Positions 59,478-64,000 of a stretch of DNA of 64,000 bases are shown here, piece after piece. This DNA comes from Cyanobacteriota bacterium (GTDB taxonomy: Bacteria; Cyanobacteriota; Cyanobacteriia; PCC-6307; Cyanobiaceae), in NCBI GenBank assembly GCA_026389285.1, contig JAPLID010000065.1:2310-66309 (forward strand), in the 5' to 3' direction. Below the pieces are notes generated by a model. It did not search any database. It worked only from the letters and a program-made list of their open reading frames with translations, and was not told the DNA's origin. How positions within the stretch are numbered: position 1 is the stretch's first letter; every line of letters starts with the position of its first letter. The position numbers and the translations under genes are program-made.

Positions 59478-61149
59478 TCGGCAGCTCGACGGCCTGTCCG
59501 GGGTTGGTGGGCACGGGCAGCAGCTCCCTGAGCATCCTGGAGTAGCTGATGTTTGCCGTGGTGATGGCCATGGCCTTGTCCTCCATCGCCCGCGTGAGGC
59601 TGACGATCGTGTCACTGACATCGGTGTAGTCGGCCAGGCCCAGTTGGTAGCGGGCGCGCATATCGCGGAACGCCTCGCGGGCCGCCTTCAGCGAAGCCCG
59701 GGCGGCAATCACCTGGACCAGCGAGGCCTGGTGGTGGAAGAACGCCTGCTCGAGCCGCTGGCGGATGCCATTGCGTTCCTGTGCCTGTTGCTGGGCATAG
59801 CCGCTGGCGGCGGCCAGGCTGGCCTCGGCCTGAGAGTGGCTGACACCGCCATCCATCAACATCCAGTTGAACCGCAATCCGGCAGCCCAGCCGTAATTAT
59901 TCCTGTAAGTTTCGGGGATCACCGCAACACCACAGCAGCCCGTGTTGCGTCGGTTCGTATCAGCCTGGCTCGTCTGGCCCAGCCCGACGGAGACAAACAC
60001 ACTGAGGCTGGGCAACAGGGCCGCCGCCTGCTCATCGGCCTGCCTCACCAAAGCCGAACGGGCCGCTTCGATCGCCTTGAGCTGGGGATTGTCCTGGAAG
60101 CCCGCCGCCAGGGTGCGGGCCAGATCCAGGGGCCACGGAGGCTGCAGCTGCACCGGCTCCGTCGCCAGCAGGGTGACATCAAAAGGCACGTTCACCTGAT
60201 TGCTGAGCTGGCGCTCCTGGCTGAGCAGATCGGCCTCCACTTGGACCAGCTGGAAGCGGCCCTGCTGCAGAGCCGCTTCGGCGCGGAGTACATCCACGCG
60301 TGGCACCAGACCGTTGGCCAGAAGAGCCCTGGCCTGGTCGCGCACGGCCCGATCGTTGAACAGCTCGGCCTCCCGGATGCGCTTGCGCAGCTGGGAGAGC
60401 TGGATGGCGTAGTAGGTCTCGCTGATCTCAAGCTGCAGCTGCCTCAGGCGATCGGCATAGCTCTGCCGGCTGGCTTCCAGCTTGTCGCGGGCCTTGGCAA
60501 GTGCCGGCCCCCTTGCATAATCAATCAACACATAATTTTCGCTCAGGTTGATCAGGCCACCGAAATTGGAGTAAAGATCCGATTTCCAGCTGCCGGAATC
60601 AACAAAGAACGGCGAAGAAGGGGCATAGATCGATTGATTCCCCACCAAAGCCTTTTCATAGGACTGGCTCTGGCCGCCAAAGCCGCTCGCCGCCAGGCTC
60701 AGGGTGGGTGCATAGCGGCCCCAGGCGGCGCGCAGCAAGGCCTGCTGCTGGGCCACATCAGCCTCGCTCCGGGCCAGGGTGGGGTCATTGCTGACGGCCA
60801 GGGCCAGGGCCTGCGACAGGCTGAGACGAACCCGCTGACGCACCGCCAGGGCCGCCGCGTCCTGGGGGATCGCCAAGGCCGCCGGAGCCGGCAGCTGCAG
60901 CGCTGCGGCCCCCTCCGGCTGGTCCGCCGGAGCCTCCAGCAGGGTGTCAAAGCGCTCCAGATCCTGAAGGATGCCGCTCAGATCCCCGAGCAGACCGCCA
61001 TACAGCGGATCCCTCGGAGCCTTCAACGGTGGCGCCGCCCAGGCCGGTAGCGACTGGGCCAGCACCAGGGTCAAGGCAACGGCAGCCCGCAGGGACCGTG
61101 ATTGCCGACTCTGAACCATGCAGCCTGGGCGAGCCATCGCAGGATTCAT
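59371..61149 (-). CDS. TolC family outer membrane protein, paralogue of 51328-53013
   Basis: LSLSQALALAVSNDP, PPWPLDL and ARYQLGLADY motifs; start uncertain (61149, 61137 or 61119). Confidence 0.88.
   Translation of the reverse strand: MNPAMARPGCMVQSRQSRSLRAAVALTLVLAQSLPAWAAPPLKAPRDPLYGGLLGDLSGILQDLERFDTLLEAPADQPEGAAALQLPAPAALAIPQDAAALAVRQRVRLSLSQALALAVSNDPTLARSEADVAQQQALLRAAWGRYAPTLSLAASGFGGQSQSYEKALVGNQSIYAPSSPFFVDSGSWKSDLYSNFGGLINLSENYVLIDYARGPALAKARDKLEASRQSYADRLRQLQLEISETYYAIQLSQLRKRIREAELFNDRAVRDQARALLANGLVPRVDVLRAEAALQQGRFQLVQVEADLLSQERQLSNQVNVPFDVTLLATEPVQLQPPWPLDLARTLAAGFQDNPQLKAIEAARSALVRQADEQAAALLPSLSVFVSVGLGQTSQADTNRRNTGCCGVAVIPETYRNNYGWAAGLRFNWMLMDGGVSHSQAEASLAAASGYAQQQAQERNGIRQRLEQAFFHHQASLVQVIAARASLKAAREAFRDMRARYQLGLADYTDVSDTIVSLTRAMEDKAMAITTANISYSRMLRELLPVPTNPGQAVELPITLPASLSGPLSGSLPGSLSGSLPGSLPGPAGAAP
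59397..59468. repeat. Degenerate 12-bp tandem repeat in the RND/TolC 3' overlap
   Basis: gcagcgagccag, gcaacgatccag, acaacgagccag, gcaacgagccag, acagagggcctg, acagagacgccg. Confidence 0.8.
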
Positions 61150-61744
61150 TGCAGCACAGATCGCTTTGCTTTCGTGGCTTACGGAACGGAACCCTGATCC
61201 GCATGAGTCCGGGGCCGATGGAGACGGCCGGGTGATCAAGTGGTGAGAGGAAACTGCCTGGGTAGAACCCCCCTCGCCCATCTCCTTAATCTGGGGTGCA
61301 TTGCCAGCCGCCGGATGCACCTGGTCGCCAATTTCTGGCCTGGGGCCACTGCCTCACTATTTCAGCAAGAAATAGCCGCGTTTGGCAACGATCAACTGCT
61401 GGCCCAGGGATACCTGTTCCGCTCTGTGGCGACGGTGGAGGGCGGCCTGCTGATTGTCGGCGTCTGGAGTGACAAAGCAGCCTAAGACCTCTACGCCAGC
61501 CAGCAGATGCTGGTGCAGATTGATCAACCTGGCGGTATGGAAGGGCGCCCCATTCAACAATCGAGCGCGATTGTGGCCTTGCAGACAAGCCTGCCACTCA
61601 CCCGAAGCAGCCAGCCCCCAAGGGACAGCCCTGACCTCAGTCGTCAACAGCGCTCCGGGGCCTTTGAGGAACCAGCCCGACCCAGACGCAGGAAAGGCCA
61701 AGCTGCTCAGCACCTAACATTGAGATTCAGGGCAAGGTTTTCCC

Positions 61745-62185
61745 ATGCAGATCAGCCAACTGGATCCAACCCAGGCCGATCGATTCGGATCAACTCACAC
61801 CCTCCACTATGCCCTCAACGATGGCAGGCAGATCGTCCTGCTCTCAGGTGTTGTCAATGTTGAGATGCAATCTCCCGGCTGGATGAATGAAAATGCTGGC
61901 ACCAACCTGTTCGAGGATGATCTGACCATTGAACTCGCCCTTCCCGGCGATCTGGTCCCAAATGCCCAGAGGTTCCGCATTATCGAGGCCGTGCCTTATC
62001 TGAGCCTCAATGCCATAACCGGGTTCAGCAATGTCGGCTGGGGCGTGACCGAATTCCAGGTCGCCAAGCAGGAGGCAGGCGTGAGGGCGGTGCGGCTGGA
62101 GGCCAGGGTTGCGGTCTCGCGCAGCGGCGAGATTCTGCGTTCTGTGGCTTATTACATCACCCTGGTTGGCGAGGTGGTCGGCTGA
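61745..62185 (+). CDS. Hypothetical beta-rich protein (146 aa)
   Basis: ATG start and natural globular composition; fills the gap before the ylqF stop. Confidence 0.7.
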   Translation: MQISQLDPTQADRFGSTHTLHYALNDGRQIVLLSGVVNVEMQSPGWMNENAGTNLFEDDLTIELALPGDLVPNAQRFRIIEAVPYLSLNAITGFSNVGWGVTEFQVAKQEAGVRAVRLEARVAVSRSGEILRSVAYYITLVGEVVG

Positions 62186-62226
62186 GCCCCGCCGCAGACC
62201 CCTTGGGGCCCTGAACCAGCAGCCGC

Positions 62227-63252
62227 TCAGGGCAGCTCGAGGGCAATCGGTCCGAGCAGACCACGGCGGTAATCGTCGAGCAGGCGCTGGGACATGCGCA
62301 GGCTGTCGCCGCTGGTGTGGCGGCTGGCGGCGGCCAGCAGCCAGTTGGCGGCATCCGGGGTGGCCAGAAGCTCGCCCATCGGAGCAGCGGCCGTGGCCGC
62401 GGGCAGCACGGGCATGGGCAACCCATAGCGGCGCTCCAGCAGACCCGGCGCCACCCCGGCCGCCGCCACCGGCTCCAGCAGGGCAAGCAGACGCACGAAG
62501 GCCAGGGCCACCTGCTCGACGTCGTAGGCCGCCTGGCCGATGTCGTCGCAGAGGGCCAGCCGCAGGGCGGCCAGCTGGTCATCCAGCCGGGGCGGCAGCA
62601 CCCCGGGCGCATCGAGCAGGTCCAGATCCTGGCCGACCCGCACCCAGCGCAGGCTGCGGGTGACGCCGGCCCGACGGGCGCTGTCCACCACCTTCTGGCG
62701 CACCAGCCGGTTGATCAGCGCCGACTTGCCGACGTTGGGGAAACCCAGCATCAGAGCCCGCACCGCCCTGGGCTTCATGCCCCGCCCCGCCCGCCGGGCA
62801 TTGAGCGCAATGCCGGAGCGGATCGCGGCCTGCTGCAGCTGCTTGACGCCGGTGCCCACCTTGGCGTCACACCACCAAGGGGTCTGTCCCCGCAACCGGA
62901 ACCAGCCATCCCAGGCCAGGCGCGCCGCCTCATTGACCATGTCGCGGCGGTTGATCACCAGCAGATGCTGTTTGTTGCGCATCCAGCGCTGCAGCCGCGG
63001 ATGGCCGGTGGCCATCGGGATGCGGGCATCCCGCACCTCGATCACTAGATCCACCTTCTCCAGATTGGCGGCCAGGGCCCTCTCGGCCTTGGCGATGTGG
63101 CCCGGGTACCACTGGATCGTCGGGGCGGCGGCACTGAGCCGCACCGAGGCACCGAAAACGTCGCCGCCCCCCTCGCTGCCAGGCAATGTTCCAGCCTCCG
63201 GCTCCTCCAGTGCACCGGCCTCGGCGCGATCGCGATCCGGGCCAAGCGGCAT
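62227..63252 (-). CDS. ylqF: Ribosome biogenesis GTPase YlqF/RbgA
   Basis: IQWYPGHIAKA, EVRDARIP, GFPNVGKS and DAPG motifs; start may be further downstream. Confidence 0.94.
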   Translation of the reverse strand: MPLGPDRDRAEAGALEEPEAGTLPGSEGGGDVFGASVRLSAAAPTIQWYPGHIAKAERALAANLEKVDLVIEVRDARIPMATGHPRLQRWMRNKQHLLVINRRDMVNEAARLAWDGWFRLRGQTPWWCDAKVGTGVKQLQQAAIRSGIALNARRAGRGMKPRAVRALMLGFPNVGKSALINRLVRQKVVDSARRAGVTRSLRWVRVGQDLDLLDAPGVLPPRLDDQLAALRLALCDDIGQAAYDVEQVALAFVRLLALLEPVAAAGVAPGLLERRYGLPMPVLPAATAAAPMGELLATPDAANWLLAAASRHTSGDSLRMSQRLLDDYRRGLLGPIALELP

Positions 63253-63641
63253 CAGGGCACCACCAACACCGGACAGGGCGCCAGCTGAATCACCCGGGCG
63301 GCGGTGCTGTGCTCGTCATCCTCCAGGGCCAGGCCACGGGTACCCATCACGATCACATCGGCATTGATCTCATCGGCCACATCGCCGATCACGAAGGCCG
63401 GCTTGCCCTCCCGTTCAAGCACGTCACAGCTGATGCCGGCCTGCTCAAAACTGCTGCGCACCTGCTCCAGCAACTGGGCCACGGCGACAGGGTCGTGCAT
63501 GGCGCCACCAACCTCCTCAGCTTCCACCACCGAGAGGATCACCAGTCGGCTGCCATGGCGCTGGGCCAGCTTCAGGGCCACCGCGGCGGTGTCAAGGGTC
63601 TGACGGCTGTTGTCTACGGGAAAGAGGACGGTGTCGAACAT
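63252..63641 (-). CDS. Universal stress protein
   Basis: MFDTVLFPVD, DVIVMGTRG and APCPVLVVP motifs. Confidence 0.92.
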   Translation of the reverse strand: MFDTVLFPVDNSRQTLDTAAVALKLAQRHGSRLVILSVVEAEEVGGAMHDPVAVAQLLEQVRSSFEQAGISCDVLEREGKPAFVIGDVADEINADVIVMGTRGLALEDDEHSTAARVIQLAPCPVLVVP

Positions 63642-63834
63642 GGCGAGGGGCTATTGAACCTCGATCTCAACTCCTGTCTAGACGGGCAGCCAACCCCTGT
63701 GCCACCGCCGGGGCAGCGGAAAACCGGCAGAGCGGCCGGTCAACCGAGGTCTGGACGCCTCCCTTGAGGATGGGTTCAGGCAGGGGCCTGGGGCTAAGCT
63801 CCGGCCGTTTTCCCCCTTACCCCATAAAGAAATC

Positions 63835-64000
63835 ATGGCGAAGCGATCCCTGGCCAGCCTCGGCGCCGAAGACCTCCGCGGCAAGCGCGTTCTGGTGCGG
63901 GTCGACTTCAACGTGCCCCTCGATGACGCCGGCGCCATCACCGATGACACCCGCATCCGCGCCGCCCTGCCCACCATCGCCCACCTCCGTGGTCACGGCG
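63835..64000 (+). CDS. pgk: Phosphoglycerate kinase, N-terminus (runs off window end)
   Basis: [48 protein letters not shown]. Confidence 0.95.
   Translation, partial: MAKRSLASLGAEDLRGKRVLVRVDFNVPLDDAGAITDDTRIRAALPTIAHLRGHG

Overview
High-GC picocyanobacterial (Cyanobium/Synechococcus-like) chromosomal window. It carries a housekeeping backbone: gshB, grx, prfB, DUF3285, ybeY, dgkA, trpG/pabA, MBL-fold, hisC-like, argS, nadC, mnmE, spoT, ABC ATPase, rluA-family, ylqF/rbgA, USP and pgk. Five accessory blocks interrupt it. (1) An HpsJ-like gene plus a PEP-CTERM-type surface protein (5.2-7.7 kb). (2) A GrrP-GrrA-GrrM radical-SAM cyclophane RiPP cluster whose precursor has nine W/F-x-N motifs (11.3-13.9 kb). 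(3) An AT-richer cluster of four minor type IV pilins (15.3-19.6 kb). (4) A ~27 kb island (26.6-53.6 kb). It joins glucan/glucose-oxidation enzymes (GlgX, GH63-like glucosidase, SDR glucose dehydrogenase, two gluconolactonases) to NDH-2, a CuA-less alternative terminal oxidase with two DUF2231 proteins, and two GMC flavoproteins, one lacking the catalytic and Fe-S residues. It also holds two core-less Nif11-like proteins and an ABC-less HlyD/TolC module with three small membrane proteins. (5) An RND efflux set with a paralogous TolC (55-61 kb). Block 4 is the best candidate for an undescribed system. Several genes (prfB, ndb, GlcG-like, HlyD) show internal deletions or frameshifts that may be real decay or assembly errors. 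I found no tRNA, rRNA, CRISPR array, integrase or transposase. All family calls come from motif recognition by eye, not database searches.
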